Source: Gekko japonicus (Eukaryota). Taken from it: DNA of 64,000 bases. A model generated the notes under the pieces. It ran no database searches. It was not told the DNA's origin and worked only from the letters and a program-made list of their open reading frames with translations. Location: the NCBI RefSeq assembly GCF_001447785.1, contig NW_015172034.1:359804-423803 (forward strand), given 5' to 3'. Shown here in pieces: positions 1 through 12,649 of the stretch. Within the stretch, counting starts at the first letter, position 1. Each line of letters starts with the position of its first letter. Both the position numbers and the translations under genes were made by a program.

Positions 1-240
1 GGAGTAGGCAGTCTGTAAGGTATCAAGCTTTAAAGGTAAGTACCAAAACCTTGAATTGAGACCGGAAGCAAATTGAGAGCCAATGTAGGTGGAACAAGAC
101 TGGAATTATATGGTCCCTACAAGCAGGATTCTGGCCACAGTATTCTGCATCAATTGTAGCTTCGAGACATTCTTCAAGAGTAGCCCCATACAGACCACAC
201 TGTAGTAGTCTAATATAGATGTTACCAGAGCATGCACCAC
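1..240 (-). mobile_element. L2-like LINE ORF2 C-terminal fragment
   Basis: Minus strand reads approximately VVHALVTSILDY..MGLLLKNVSKLQL..HIIPVLFHLHWLSICFRSQFKVLVLTFKA, typical of the L2 region downstream of RT. Confidence 0.75.
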
Positions 241-797
241 TACAAGGTCTTGTACTTAGCTGTTACTCTACATCCTCACTTAATGAGGGCACGCATGTTA
301 AAGGTAACTCATCTATTCAGAATCAAGTTCCTTGAATACTGAGACTTTGTTTCCATTTTTTTAAAAGTCAATGTAGCCAATTAAAAATATGTGTGTGCAC
401 ATTAGCACAAATTTTGTACATTGACGAACACATCTATGTTAAAGTTGTTTGGGAATAGATTCCATTAACCTCAATTAGATTCAGCTGCAAACACTGCAAA
501 TACAATTAAAAAATAGTATCTCTCATGAGGAAAAGGAACATAATTTAAAATTATAGTACATATAGTCATGAGTTAGTTGGATCCTGCAGCTCATTCTGCT
601 GTGCCTGAATTCTGTGTTCCTGTAGTGCAAGGAACTTTCCACCAATGCAAGAAGCTCTCCTGAAATATTCTGTAAACCAGAGGAACACACCAGTGTCTGC
701 AGTATGGACTGACAGAATCCATTTATTCTTTCTCTATTTCATCTTAGGGGCCAGTTAGCTTTACAGTAGCAACCACATTGCTATGTAATGTCAAAAG

Positions 798-1774
798 TAG
801 AAAACAGCAGAAATATGCCAAGGGAAGACCATCAAAGATTAAATATACTTGAAATGTCTGAGTACAGGATAAGTAAGTGTTTACATTACGAATAAATGTC
901 TATAATGAGTTGGTGGTCCATAACCCAAAACAAATACAAATACAATGTTCCCAAATATAATCAGATGGGCTCATGGCATATCATGCATCAACAATGAAAT
1001 ACAAATAAACATAACAGTAATTGCGCTGACAGGCACTAATAACAAGGTATGCACATAAATCCAACTGGTCGATTCTCCTTACTTAAATGCAATAAAAGTG
1101 TCCAAAGACCTCCTGCAGTCATAAGTCAAGCAAAGGACGACCAGTGAAAAATCTCCTGTAGCTGAACAACGCCTTTATTAAATATATGGATCTGTTTCTC
1201 TTCTTCTGGATAAACAGCTGAATAATGGAACTGTAAGTAATAATATAACATGCAATCTATGCAATACCTCAAATATTCAAGAAAATGAACAGATGACAAT
1301 ATATATATTTATCCCGATTTCAAAGAGAACTACATAGACTACCAGTTCTTTTAACTATACTGAATCCCAGGGTTCACATAAACAGTAGCAGCACCATCCC
1401 ACATAAAAGTACACTAGCTAATGGATTACAGGTGTATCATTCTTAAAGTAATAATAATACAAAAATGAGCAATTCAAATAAAGGCAGTTATTAGCGCCTG
1501 TGAGTGCAATTACTGTTATGTTTATTTGTATTCCAATGTTGATAAATGATATGCTATGAGCACATATGATTGCATTTGGGAACGTTGCATTTGTGTTTGT
1601 TTTGGGTTGTGGACTACCAACTCATTATAGACGTTTATTTGCAATTTAAAACTTACTTAATATATCCTATACTCAGACATTTCAAGTGCATTTAATCTTT
1701 GATGGTATTCCCTTGGCGTTTTTCTGCTGTTTTCTACTATTACATGCTAGGGATCCATGTTTTGTCTGCTACTT
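798..1774. mobile_element. Penelope-like insertion with ~250-bp inverted arms and 16-bp TSD
   Basis: TATGTAATGTCAAAAG direct repeat at 782-797 and 1775-1790; ~797-1043 is the reverse complement of ~1488-1738; same layout as the Penelope relic at 30464. Confidence 0.6.
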
Positions 1775-2135
1775 TATGTAATGTCAAAAGGCAGCAACAC
1801 ACTACTCTGAACTTTTTAATCTCCAGATTTTGGGGGGGGCATTTTAGAGGGCAGTGCTTCCTCTTCAGCTTAAGACTGTTGGTTCAACAATGTAAGCAGG
1901 GCTTACACAAGCATTTTGGATTCTCAGTAAAAAACTCTAAGCAAAATACACTAACTTCAAGAGTGCAGTGATCATCATAAAAAAGGCTCATATACAACTA
2001 CTAGCAAAAAAATCCCTGTTTATATAAATGTTTATATAATAATGGCAAATTTTCCCTATCCCTGTCCAAAATGTCACAACATAATACAAACATGAAATAA
2101 TTCCTCCTAATCATGGCTAGCTAAATACAACCCAC

Positions 2136-2206
2136 CTCTGGGCAGTGAGCAAACACTGGATTGTCCCACTCTGAAAACATGGACTGGAGAGATTCTCCTC
2201 GTGCAT
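2136..2206 (-). CDS. MLH3: DNA mismatch repair protein MLH3, exon 4
   Basis: ttctag|AT GCA CGA...: (D)ARGESLQSMFSEWDNPVFAHCPE|gtgggt; 71 nt, phase fits exon 3. Confidence 0.92.
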
Positions 2207-3669
2207 CTAGAACAGAACATGCATACAGTTTTGAATTTTTAAGACTGCTTCACACCTGACATGTTTCTCTTGCATAAAAGAAAACTTGATATGCTATCAA
2301 ATTTGAAATGCATCAACAAAGTTTTTTCCCCATTGCAAACAGACTAGTCACACATTGCACTTTAGAGGGGGGGGGGAAATAAGTGTTTAATTAGATTTAC
2401 CATCATCTCACTAAACGGATATCTTAATAACTCAGAATGTCACTGGTAATACAGCTAACAAGCAAAACTTGTCTGGTGCATCATATGGGATCTATATCTG
2501 GAAGATGACAGCTCCTTTCACAGGCCTTAGGGATCTGCTGATCCTTCCTTAAAGTTATGCCCCATCCATCCTAAAGCAACCACTCCTGCAATAAAGTGCA
2601 AGGCCACCTCTAGCTTCATATCCACTGAAGTAACAACATAACATGACCCCCATAACTTTAGCTATACCATCAAGGGCTCATTGACCAGCACATTCCATAA
2701 TGTGATACCTGCTACCATGTGTTAGTAATGCCTTTCTGTCGTTTACATTGTCAAACTGGACAGTCTCTATGCAAGAGAACAGATGAACATATCAGACATC
2801 AAAAAAAGAACAGTGGGAGAGCATTTGAGTCTCCCTGAACACTCAATAATAGAACAAAATAGATTAAATAGATTAAAACTGTTGTAATTTTTCAGCAGAA
2901 TGCAAATCTGATACTATCAAACTTGGGCTCAATGTGGGATGGTTAGCTCATTACAAACAATAGTTGTTCTTCCTTACAGGTTTTAATGTGTGTTATTCAG
3001 ATATGTTATTCAGAATTATCCTACTTATATCCAATTCATCCAGGTAAGAGAGGACCATGCCCACTATGGACCGTGCCTGTATGGGCCCTTCCAACTTTGT
3101 GATTCTATAATCTAATGAGTCTCTGTTATTATACCTAAAGCAGGCTAATATTTCTTTATTTATTATATTTATACCCTGCCCTCCCAGCCATGGAATTGGT
3201 AAGGTTTGGAAAGGATTGTTAAAATGGCATCTGGTTCTTTGTCCATCCTGCATTTTAGTACAACCCACCATGCCCTAACAGGACACAAAGTCAGTTGCCC
3301 ATTTTGTTCCCACTTGAAAAAGATGCATACCAGAACAATGATTCAACTTTGCTTGGATCTTAAAAATTACATCTGATGCCATTTTCAGCCTAGAATGAAA
3401 GCACAATCAGAAGAGGAGATTAAGTAATTTCTCCTCAAACTAGAGATAGAGTTTTGCATGGAACTGGACATCTCATACTATCCACGCTCACTCAATAATT
3501 GACTTTGACCTAAGAGAGTTATTTCCAATTTCACACATTAAGTGAGTCATACAAGTCCCATTGTTAACAGACCTTGAGTAATTCCAAGTTCCTGTTGGGA
3601 CAGCTGGTAGCCTTCTTTGATTTGTTTTTATTTAACATAGTACTCTATGTCCTGGCAAACTGGGCCTAC

Positions 3670-3768
3670 CTCTGAAGTCTTGGCTCTGCAAATGCCTCTC
3701 TTTCTGAGGTCTTGGAAGGAAGGGAACAATAAACTCACTTCTAAAAGGATGACATGTGTACTGGAACC
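3670..3768 (-). CDS. MLH3: MLH3 exon 3
   Basis: tttag|GG TTC..: (G)FQYTCHPFRSEFIVPFLPRPQKERHLQSQDFR|gtaggc; 99 nt. Confidence 0.92.
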
Positions 3769-4191
3769 CTAAACAGCCAATGAAAGAATTACTTCTGTAT
3801 ATGCTCTTACAGACACAAGTCTGCAAATTCATCCTGTTATTTTTACTATTAAAAGATCAAACTGTGGTTAGCTCTGCCCCAAAAAGACCCTTAAAAAACC
3901 TAGAACAGAATTACACCTTTTTCAATGCCTTATAATGAAGAAATAAAGTTACAGGCAATGTGTTATATATTACTAATAAAGAGAAGTTACCAAGAAAAAG
4001 TGCACATTAAATGTTCAGGTGGAAGAGGACAGTAGTTTCTGTGGTCTGAATCTGGCAGACACAGAGTTACTTTCCTTCTAGCAGCAGAGGTTTAGCAATG
4101 CAGTGATCAAACCTATGTTAATCGTGACTTGATGGCAGTTTCCACCTCCTCCACTTTCAGTGGACAGAGATACTATGGCCTCTACTAATAC

Positions 4192-4408
4192 TAGAGTTGC
4201 CAGCTCTGGCCTGGGAAATTCCTGAAGATTTGGGGGCAGTGCTGTGGAGGGGGGGGGATTTGGGACGAGGAGGGACTTCAGTGGGGTATAACACTGTAGA
4301 TTCCACCATCTAAAGCTGCTGTTTACTCCAGAACTGATCTCTGTAGCCTGGAGATTAGTTGTAATGCTAGGAGGACTCCAGGCCCAAACTGGAGGTTGGC
4401 AATCCTGA
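4192..4408. mobile_element. Non-autonomous DNA element (MITE) with TAGGGTTGCCA-type terminal inverted repeats
   Basis: Ends TAGAGTTGCCAG...TGGCAATCCTG; body similar to copies at 11179, 11765 and 51614. Confidence 0.7.
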
Positions 4409-4682
4409 CTAATGCCAATGTTGGATTAGTGTTCCAAATCTAAGAGTATGCATGCTTACTTACTAAAAAGATGGGGGGCAAAATGTAGAGCAACTTTAGA
4501 AGCAAGCTTGTGGAAGTTTGAGAAACACTACAATAGCATCCCCCAGTGCCCAAAATTCCTGTATATTGAATTGACTTTGTAATCTCCCATGTGGCCTAAA
4601 GAGTTCTTGAAACAAGCATACAGAATGAAACCAGAACCACACTTATACTAGTAGAAACTGAGCATGAAGCCTACAGGATTCA

Positions 4683-4905
4683 GAGCCAGTGTGGTGTAGG
4701 GGCCAGGGTGTTGGACTAGGACCTGGGAGACCCATGTTTGAATTGCCTCTGCTACGGAAGCCCACTGGGTGACCTTGTGCCAGTTACTCTCTCTTTCAGC
4801 CTTATGTACATCATAGTGTCCTGGGAAGGTAACATGGAGGAGGGGGGAAATTATGTACACTGCCCTCAGCTCCTTGGATAAAGGGTAGGATAAAAGTGTA
4901 CTAAA
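4683..4905 (+). mobile_element. tRNA-headed CORE/MIR-like SINE
   Basis: GTGGTGTAG...GGGAGACCCA..TTGAA head and GGGTGACCTTG.GCCAGT core; similar copies elsewhere in the window. Confidence 0.7.
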
Positions 4906-5104
4906 CAAGCCTATAGGAAACCCAGATTATGCTACTGCTCTTGACCATTTGAACTCTGCAAGAACATTCTGTATGTGGTAGATGAAGCACAAAGACTGCA
5001 ATTCTAAAGCCTTTTTCCTGAGAGTAAGCCCCACTGAATAAGATGAAACTTTGCTCTGAGGAGGTCTGCTTAGAATTGCTTCCAGTTATACATTGTGAAC
5101 TTAC

Positions 5105-8100
5105 CATTCTCCATGACAACATTTACAGCCATTGTACTGATATCTTTAGTACATACAGCTTTAGGTTCCTCACCAGGAGGAGCAGTGTAGGTGCTCAGTC
5201 CAGTCATTCTATTGATGTATACTGTCCTACCCAAGGATGCATCAAACTGATCAAACCACTCAGAAGGATGACTCTGTGCCTCCTCATTCTCCTCTGGATT
5301 TGCATTATCTGTAGCACCTTCACTGCTACTTGAGAGAACCACTATAGGATCACAGGTGTTAGCATTTTGCTTTGAAGATTCATCCATAGCACTCGTATCT
5401 TCACAGGTGTCTTCAGGACATAAATTATCAGGCAATGCCAATTTTCTCTTTTGGGAAACTACATAGTCTCCATCAGTGTCAATGAAACAAAGGCTGACAG
5501 TATCTTCCATATCCACTGCTCCTGTGCTAAAGATTTCCACAGGATTACTTTGCTCAGGAAAGCATGGAGCAAAACTGTGGCTCTTTGTCCCTACTTCTCT
5601 TGTGGACAATTGAGATATAGAATAGTTACTTTGCAAAAGATTATTTTGAGATGAGGGACCACATCTGCCTTCATTTGGGGGGCTTGAATACAATTGAGAC
5701 TGTTCAAAAGGTTGCCCTCTGGGTTCTAAATGTATAGTTTCTTTAAGGCTTCCCTTCATTCTAGACACTTTAGAGGCAAGTGTTCCTGTGAATCCAGAGC
5801 TTCTTGGAGCTTTTGTTCTGCTTTGAGAGTAATCTGTCAGGGTCAGAGGGCTCTCTCTTATATGTGTTTTCCTGCTTTCTTCAGAGCAGAATTGAGACTT
5901 TTCCAAAGGAAGAAGGCACTCATGGCCATTATTATTACATCCAACATGTTCTTTAGCTGGGAGGTCACAAATACCTGAGTGTTCAAGATTTTTATTCTTA
6001 TCCGTGAGAGAACCAACACAGGCTGGGACTGCAAACTCATCCCCCTTTTTCGCAGACACTGATTGTGTATTCTTTATGGTCCCATAACGTCGCCTGAATC
6101 TATCTAATGACCCTAGTTTTGGATGCAAGCTTAGTTTTGTATAGTGCTCAAATCTAGTTAACTTCTCAGGCATTTGCTTTCTTGAGGTTGCACTATCCAC
6201 ACTGTGAACAAAATCAGATGGAGCAATAGAAATCAGTTCATTGACACATTGTGTCACAAAGTCACCACTGCCAACTGCAGGAAGTGAATCCATCTCATTC
6301 TTTTGGCCCGATGCATGCCCAATTTCCATGCTTTTATAGCCATTTCCTGGATACATACCTCCTTTAGTTATCCTCGAACATTCCTGAGTATTTGAAAACT
6401 TGAGCTTTTTGTCAAATACATCCCTGGCACTTACTGGACCTAGTACAGGCGGTATGTTAGATGAATGGTTAATGTCTGCTGTTTTATCTGGTGGCTGACT
6501 TTGCATCAGGTGCACTATAAGGCCTGTAGAACATAACTTTAAAGATTCTTGTTCTATTGCTGCTTCTCCACAGGAATTTAACCCATGAGGATTCAACTCC
6601 ACAGGAGGACCTCTGCTCTCTTCTGCCATCCTGTATCTCCCCACCAAAGCACTTTTTAAGAGAAACTGATGTTTCTGTACATTAATATCTCTCACATTTA
6701 CAAAGTGTCCAAGAGCTGCAGAGCTGGGGCTACTTTCCTGAAATGCTGGATCATGCAGGCTGTTTGTGTCTTTGCCAGACGTCTCAGAACAAAGCGACAT
6801 CCCACTATCACTGTCTATTTCTACAGCATCCAAAACATCCTGTCCACAGCCTTCTTGTGGATTCTTGGAATTTATGACCTCAGTCTGTGGATCATTGCAT
6901 ACATTTGGCTCTTTGTGCAGGTTACTCAGTTCTAGAAGATCAAGAGTGGTGCCATTTTTGTCGGGCAGAGGATTTCCCACTTTATTGCTACTTTCATGAA
7001 TTGTCTCACTGATGGCCAAATCTGGGAAAGCAAATATTTCCTTCACATTGTTAGTGGGTCCTGAGTGATCTGATGTCTCCTTTTCAAGAGTTATTTTTCT
7101 TTGGACAGACTTTGATTGGAGATTACACATTTCATAAGAATCCACAATATTATCACAAGCTCTCTTGAAATTCTCCTCTGTGTGTTTCTCCTCAGGAAAA
7201 GAAGGATGTAAAGCCATAGCAGAACCCAAACAAAAGCCATTATTTTCATTAAATTCTTTAATGTCTTCACCACACAGCTCAATAAACAGATGTTCTCGCT
7301 TTAAGAAGGCTTTAACTCCTTCTTCAATGCAAAGCAGGAGAGCATCCCAACTGCGAAACTCTATTAGAGTTTTTGCAGGTTCTAAACACACATCGTATTC
7401 ATCATGTGGGCACTTGATATTCATAACAAAGACTCCATAGAGCTCTGGACCAGAACGATGGCGAGCAGGACTTGAGGTCACAGGTCCACCTTTGGTTTTA
7501 CATGTAACACTTTGTTTTCTTAATAAAAAATCAATTAGCTTATGCAGTCTTGTTTTTAATACCAGTCTATCATTCACATACAAAAACTGAATATTTTTAT
7601 TGTAATGCCCTTCAGAACTGATATAGCCACTTATCTCAAATCTTCCAGACTTATGATATATTCCTCGCAATTTCTGTGATTTACCTAGACCATAAATTTG
7701 AGAAAACCGAGAGCACACATCTTTTGTCTTGGGCAGCTGAAGTGCCATAGAACAGGAAGCATAATTTCTTAATGAAAAAGAGACAGAGGGATGCATAAGT
7801 GAAAGAGCCTCAACCTTATGCCTTACTCTCTCAAATTCTAGTAAGGAATCCATGCATTTTCTTCGCACGGGTAACTGGTAGAATAAGTTGTACACGGTCA
7901 CTGTTGTTCCAGCACTTGGTCTATTCAATTCTGCTTCAGAAACTTCCAGCCCTTTCCCATTGTGAAATAATTTCAAAAATGTTTTTGCAATCTTATTTGT
8001 CTTGGATGATATTTCTACTATGCTGGCCATGTTTGCAATGCTTGCCAAAGCCTCTCCACGGAAGCCATAACATGTTAAATTTTCTAGGTTTTCCACAGAG

Positions 8101-8336
8101 TAGCATTTACTTGTAAAGTATCTGTTCCCTGCTTTGCTGAGGTCTTCTCTTCCCATTCCAGAGCCATTATCTACAACCTGGATTTTAAAGGTTTCCAGAT
8201 CCAGTCTAATGGCCACACATGTTGCTTTGGCATCTATGCTGTTGAAGACAAGCTCTTCAACACACTGCCCCAGAGAAGTGATGGCCACTCCAGAACGCAA
8301 ACTGGTTTGTACTTCTTCAGTCAAGCGTTTGATCAT
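5105..8336 (-). CDS. MLH3: MLH3 large exon 2 (GHKL ATPase and MutL transducer domains plus long linker)
   Basis: MIKRL..LRSG..EELVFNSIDA, DNGSG and YGFRGEAL MutL motifs; acceptor before 8405, donor GAATG|gtaagt after 5105; 3232 coding nt, phase 1. Confidence 0.98.
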
Positions 8337-9132
8337 GACAAAAACAGAGGGGTGAACATCTCAGGAGACTGGATATGCATTGTGCTTTCTCATTCTATGA
8401 ATCCCCTGTTTAAAAAAAGAAAAGAAAAAAACGTATATTATTTTTAACCAGAGTCCTCATAAACCCTTCAACATTAACCCTACAGACCTTTAGTGAGCAT
8501 TTTTGTAAAAAGTTAAACAGCTGCAGAATAATACTTTTCATTTCTAAGATGACTATCATTGCTATATGTTCTATCTAATTTGAACATCTACACTAAATGA
8601 ATAAACCCCCAATGACAAGTATCTGAAGTAAACTGTGATAGACAGTGATATTTGTAGATTATAACACTTATGAGCTACCTCCCCCCCAAGTTCATGCATC
8701 TCACTACTATTTACAACAATCTTTATTTTTGCCCAGATATATTCAGGAGGATGCTCTCCTTGACCTTTTCTACCCAGCATTGGTGCACATAATTGCAATA
8801 TGTAGAATGCCACAAGAAGTGAGCTGGTACCTGGATGGTATTGGGAAACACGTGGCATTATTTCACTGTATTCATTCTGCCTTATGCTCCTCAGATCCAT
8901 TCATCATTGCTGTCTAGAGTTTCTACAGTATGTGTTAAAGCTAAAACTGCCACCTTTTGTCCTCTGACTAGCACACTGCAAACCTCATTGTGATCTTAAC
9001 ATATTTCAACCACAGCCTGCCTATACGGCCAGGGCCTGCCTCCCCACATTTCACAGACGAAAACAAGGATTTACTTGCAACATTCTCATATCAAGGATCT
9101 CTGCCTGAGCCATCCACATTTACCACAATCAC

Positions 9133-9469
9133 GGCCCCGGTCACACGGGCCAGATATCATGGGGGGGGGGAGGCGTGGCTAATGGCCCCGGCGCAGTTTG
9201 ATCCGTGATTACACGATCAGATGCGCCGGCGGGTAAACGAGGAACCGGAGGGGAATGCCACGCGCCGTTGCAATCACACCACGGGCGTCTGGAGGCAGCC
9301 CGTGGCAAACGTTTACTAGTACCCTGGAGGTACTAGTTTTTTAACTCACATTGTCGGCGGTAAGCCACAGGTGCGCTCTACTTCCCAGATGTTGGGGTGT
9401 GATTGCGCCTGGATAATCCGCCCACCATCCGTGCCTCTCCCGCGGCAACTTTGCCGTGTGACTGGGGCC
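9133..9469. mobile_element. PIF/Harbinger-like MITE, CpG-rich
   Basis: TIR GGCCCCGGTCACACGG / CCGTGTGACTGGGGCC; 3-bp flank duplication CAC. Confidence 0.75.
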
Positions 9470-9793
9470 CACATATAGCTGAACGCTCTACTTCACATCC
9501 TGTCTGCTGTATTCCTTCACTTTGCCACAGCATATCATCCATTGATTTAATTAAGGAGGTCGGTAGTTCCTTTGGTTAAAGTTATCTTTGAAAAAGTAAC
9601 TGTCTTGTGTGTATATATGTTAAGTGCCTTCAAGTCGCTTCCTATGTATGTCAACACTATAAATTAATGACCTCCAAAACAGCCTTGCTCAGGTCTTGCA
9701 AACTGTCTTACCATATGTTATTAACCATTTAAAATATACCTCATTAGTTGCAGTGTGTGAAGTGGCAGGCTATATGTTGCATATATTCATGTA

Positions 9794-10143
9794 AAAAGGT
9801 AAAGGCTCCCTTGCTCGAAAGCCAGTCGAATCTGACTCTAGGGTTGCGGTGCTCATCTCCGTTTCAAAGCCGAAGAGCCAGCGCTGTCCCAAGACATTTC
9901 CGTGGTCATGTGGCCGGCATGACTAAACACCAAGGCGCACGGAACGCTGTTGCCTTCCCACCGAAGTGGTACCTATTTATCTACTTGCAATTTCTTGCTT
10001 TCAAACTGCTAGGTTGGCAGGAGCTGGAACTAGAGATGGGAGCTCACTCTGTCATGCGGCACCCAGGTCTCGAACTGCTGAACTACTGACCTTTCACAGC
10101 CTGCAGTTCAGCGTCTTAACCCCCTGAGCCACCGCAGCTCCTT
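9794..10143 (-). mobile_element. Sauria SINE, full length
   Basis: tRNA-like head, ACCTTT-type tail, 12-bp TSD TATATTCATGTA (9782-9793 and 10144-10155); close match to 58916-59221. Confidence 0.85.
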
Positions 10144-10639
10144 ATATTCATGTACGTGTGCACATATTTATGCACAGGAACACTAGAGATAAGATGCATC
10201 CATTCCCCACTTGAAACCCTGAAGAACCATCACATTGACAACTCTCAATACCCATAAATAAACAAATAAATAACAAGGCACAAGTGACTGGGTCAGGGAC
10301 CAGAAAATAGGAAGAGCAGGAGATATGCCAGTGTGGAATGGGGTACAGCTACAGGCTCAAATCCCCGTTCAACTCTAAAACTTACTAGGTGATCCTTGGC
10401 CAGTGTCTCTCAGGCAAATGACCTCAGAGGTTGGTGTGAGAATGGGGTAAACAATTTGTCCCCCACTTGAGTTCCCTTATGGCCCCGGGCTCCTTTGAGG
10501 GAGGACAGTACATAAATGAAGAAAGGAACTATTTAGTACCTCCAAGTATTTAGACTGGTTCCAAAAAAATGTATAATTAGCATCTTCTCTTTGTTAGGAT
10601 GGGGAGCCATTCTAAAGGAAAAAATGGGCAGTGCTCATC

Positions 10640-11140
10640 CGTTGGTGCCACAGCTCGGTCCCGGGGAAGTCTGTTTGGCTTCGAAGTAGCAACTGACGTT
10701 CACCTTGCCCCGGCTACGAAGTTAACCATCAGCCGCTCACCCCGTGCCACTGCCACAGCGGAAGCAGTTACGGTCTCTGTCTCCTCCTTCCTTTCATCCC
10801 AGGCGCAGTCACAGCAACTCTCGTTTCCCTTTTGCGCTCCGCTTTCCTCAAGCAAAAAAGGGTCCCTTGTCCCACCAACCGTAACAAACCCGACCGCTCT
10901 TTCCTACAGGCACGCACGCGCTTGCCGCTATTAACGGTGTAAATCACCGGACTGTAGTGAAGGGAACGAAGGCCTGCGCAATGAGCGTAGATGCAACTAT
11001 GGACTTCAATTCCCAGCCTGCGCTTAGATGTACTTGCAATGCACTATGGGAACTGTCTAATTTCGAAGTCCTCGTTGTACCTTCTGAGGGATTTTACATG
11101 ATGTCGGTATGCTGCTGCAAGCAACGACACGACGGTGGTG
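10640..11140 (-). promoter_or_regulatory. MLH3: MLH3 CpG promoter and probable non-coding exon 1
   Basis: CpG-rich unique sequence upstream of exon 2; candidate donors GGG|gtgagc (exon end 10741) or AAG|gtgaac (10704); two ZNF143-type motifs at 11003-11058. Confidence 0.6.
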
Positions 11141-11178
11141 TGTTGCCAGTCAAGGATAAGAGACTGATACTCAGCTGC

Positions 11179-11396
11179 TAGGGTTGCCAGCCTCCAGGTG
11201 GGCCTGGGGATCTCCTGCTTTTACAACTGATCTCCAGCTGACAGAGATCAGCTCCCCTGGAGAAAAGGGCTGCTTTGAAGGGTGGACTCTATGGCACTGT
11301 ACCATGCTGAAGCCCCTCCCCTTCCCAAACCCCGCCCTCTCCCGGATCCACCCCCAAAGTCTCCAGGTATTTCCCAACCCAGACCTGGCAACTCTA
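11179..11396. mobile_element. TAGGGTTGCCA-type MITE
   Basis: TAGGGTTGCCAG...CTGGCAACTCTA; opposite orientation to the 4192 copy. Confidence 0.75.
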
Positions 11397-11764
11397 TTAG
11401 CTGCTCTTAAGTGGAATGCGCAAATTGGGGTAGAACAGCAGGGTTCCTTTAACTTTAAGCAATGAAATATGTTGTTTACGGAAGTTGCGGAATCTTTTCC
11501 ATTGAAGTTTATTATTTGTGAGTTGTAATATTTTTTTTTAATCTGCGGCATGGGCCTTTTTATACTCAGTTCAGTCAGTGAGCCCTAACCATGTAATGTG
11601 GCCTTGCTGATGAACGTCATGCGCCCAATGTATTTACAAATCATTAAGTAGAGGATAAAGTGGACATTCGATGGTGTCCTTGTGTGTTTCAGCTGAGCAT
11701 AATTCATAATGAGTTCAAGTCTTCTAAAGATAGAACATAAGGGAAAGCAGTTAGCAGAATTGCA

Positions 11765-11921
11765 CTGGTTACTCCAGTTTGCAGCCTCAGGAGGGCAGGG
11801 TTGGGGGCATAATGCCATAGACTCCAACTTCCAGAGCAGCCATTTTCTCCAGGTAAATTGATCTCTGTCACCTGGAGATCAGTTGTAATAGCGGAAGATC
11901 TCCAGCCACTACCTGGAGGTT
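11765..11921. mobile_element. Partial TAGGGTTGCCA-type MITE
   Basis: Shares GCCATAGA.TCCA..CAGCCATTTTCTCCA..GATCTCTGT..CCTGGAGAT body; right TIR missing. Confidence 0.6.
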
Positions 11922-12649
11922 AATACAAAAACTGAGGGTCACAGTGTTAGGAAGACATACAAAAATATGTATCACTGTGTACAATAAATATATGTCTATG
12001 GTAGAACAATTTTATGCTTTATTCTTTTTCTTTTTATATTTTTCAATACTGTTGTCTAAATATTGGTATCAAATATTATCAAAAATATATTTCACCCAAA
12101 CAATACATAGAGAAAAATATGTTTCACCAAACAATACATCGAGTGCAAGGTTTACATTCAGACAGCACCTTGTCAGTATCACTATCACTAGTCCCACCAA
12201 ACTAGTAATTTACCCGTTTCAAATGAATCTTTTTCAAGGACCGTGATGTATATATAAAGGACATAAGGTGCAATAATTTTTCTTTGTGAGCACAAAAGCT
12301 CTTAAGATAGCAGGATTGTCTAGGGTCCCATCAGAACTGAAATAAATAAAAATATTAATACATCAGTATAATTTCATTCCACCTTATTTATAATTGTTAA
12401 AATTGTGAAAAGATCTCACTTACCCCTTGTGGCAAACATAATAACCTATCTAAGACAGCATATCTCTCAGATCCAGTGACAAAGTGTCCAGAATGAGGGA
12501 ATAAACAGGCAAGTTAAGCAGATGTGTGAGCTCAGCAGCAAGGTGAGGAAGGCAGGGCACTAATCTCTCCATGTCCCTAATAATAGGGTAAGCAGACTTT
12601 CCACAAACAAATCCATATAAATAGGGAATTTATAAAAAGGATTTAAAAA

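Noticed and set aside
5070-5104. ORF-track extension of MLH3 (KFTMYNWKQF*)
   Set aside because: Read-through past a consensus GTAAGT donor; exons 3 and 4 continue in frame.
5043-8355. Several plus-strand ORFs over MLH3 exon 2
   Set aside because: Antisense shadows of a long coding exon with no recognisable motifs.
9748-10089. Similar ~100-aa ORFs here and at 58967-59239
   Set aside because: Both are antisense translations of Sauria SINE copies, not paralogous genes.
11930-12600. AT-rich segment with a weak hammerhead-like TTGAAAAAG...GAAAC on the minus strand
   Set aside because: Possibly Penelope-derived, but no TSD or inverted arm could be confirmed.
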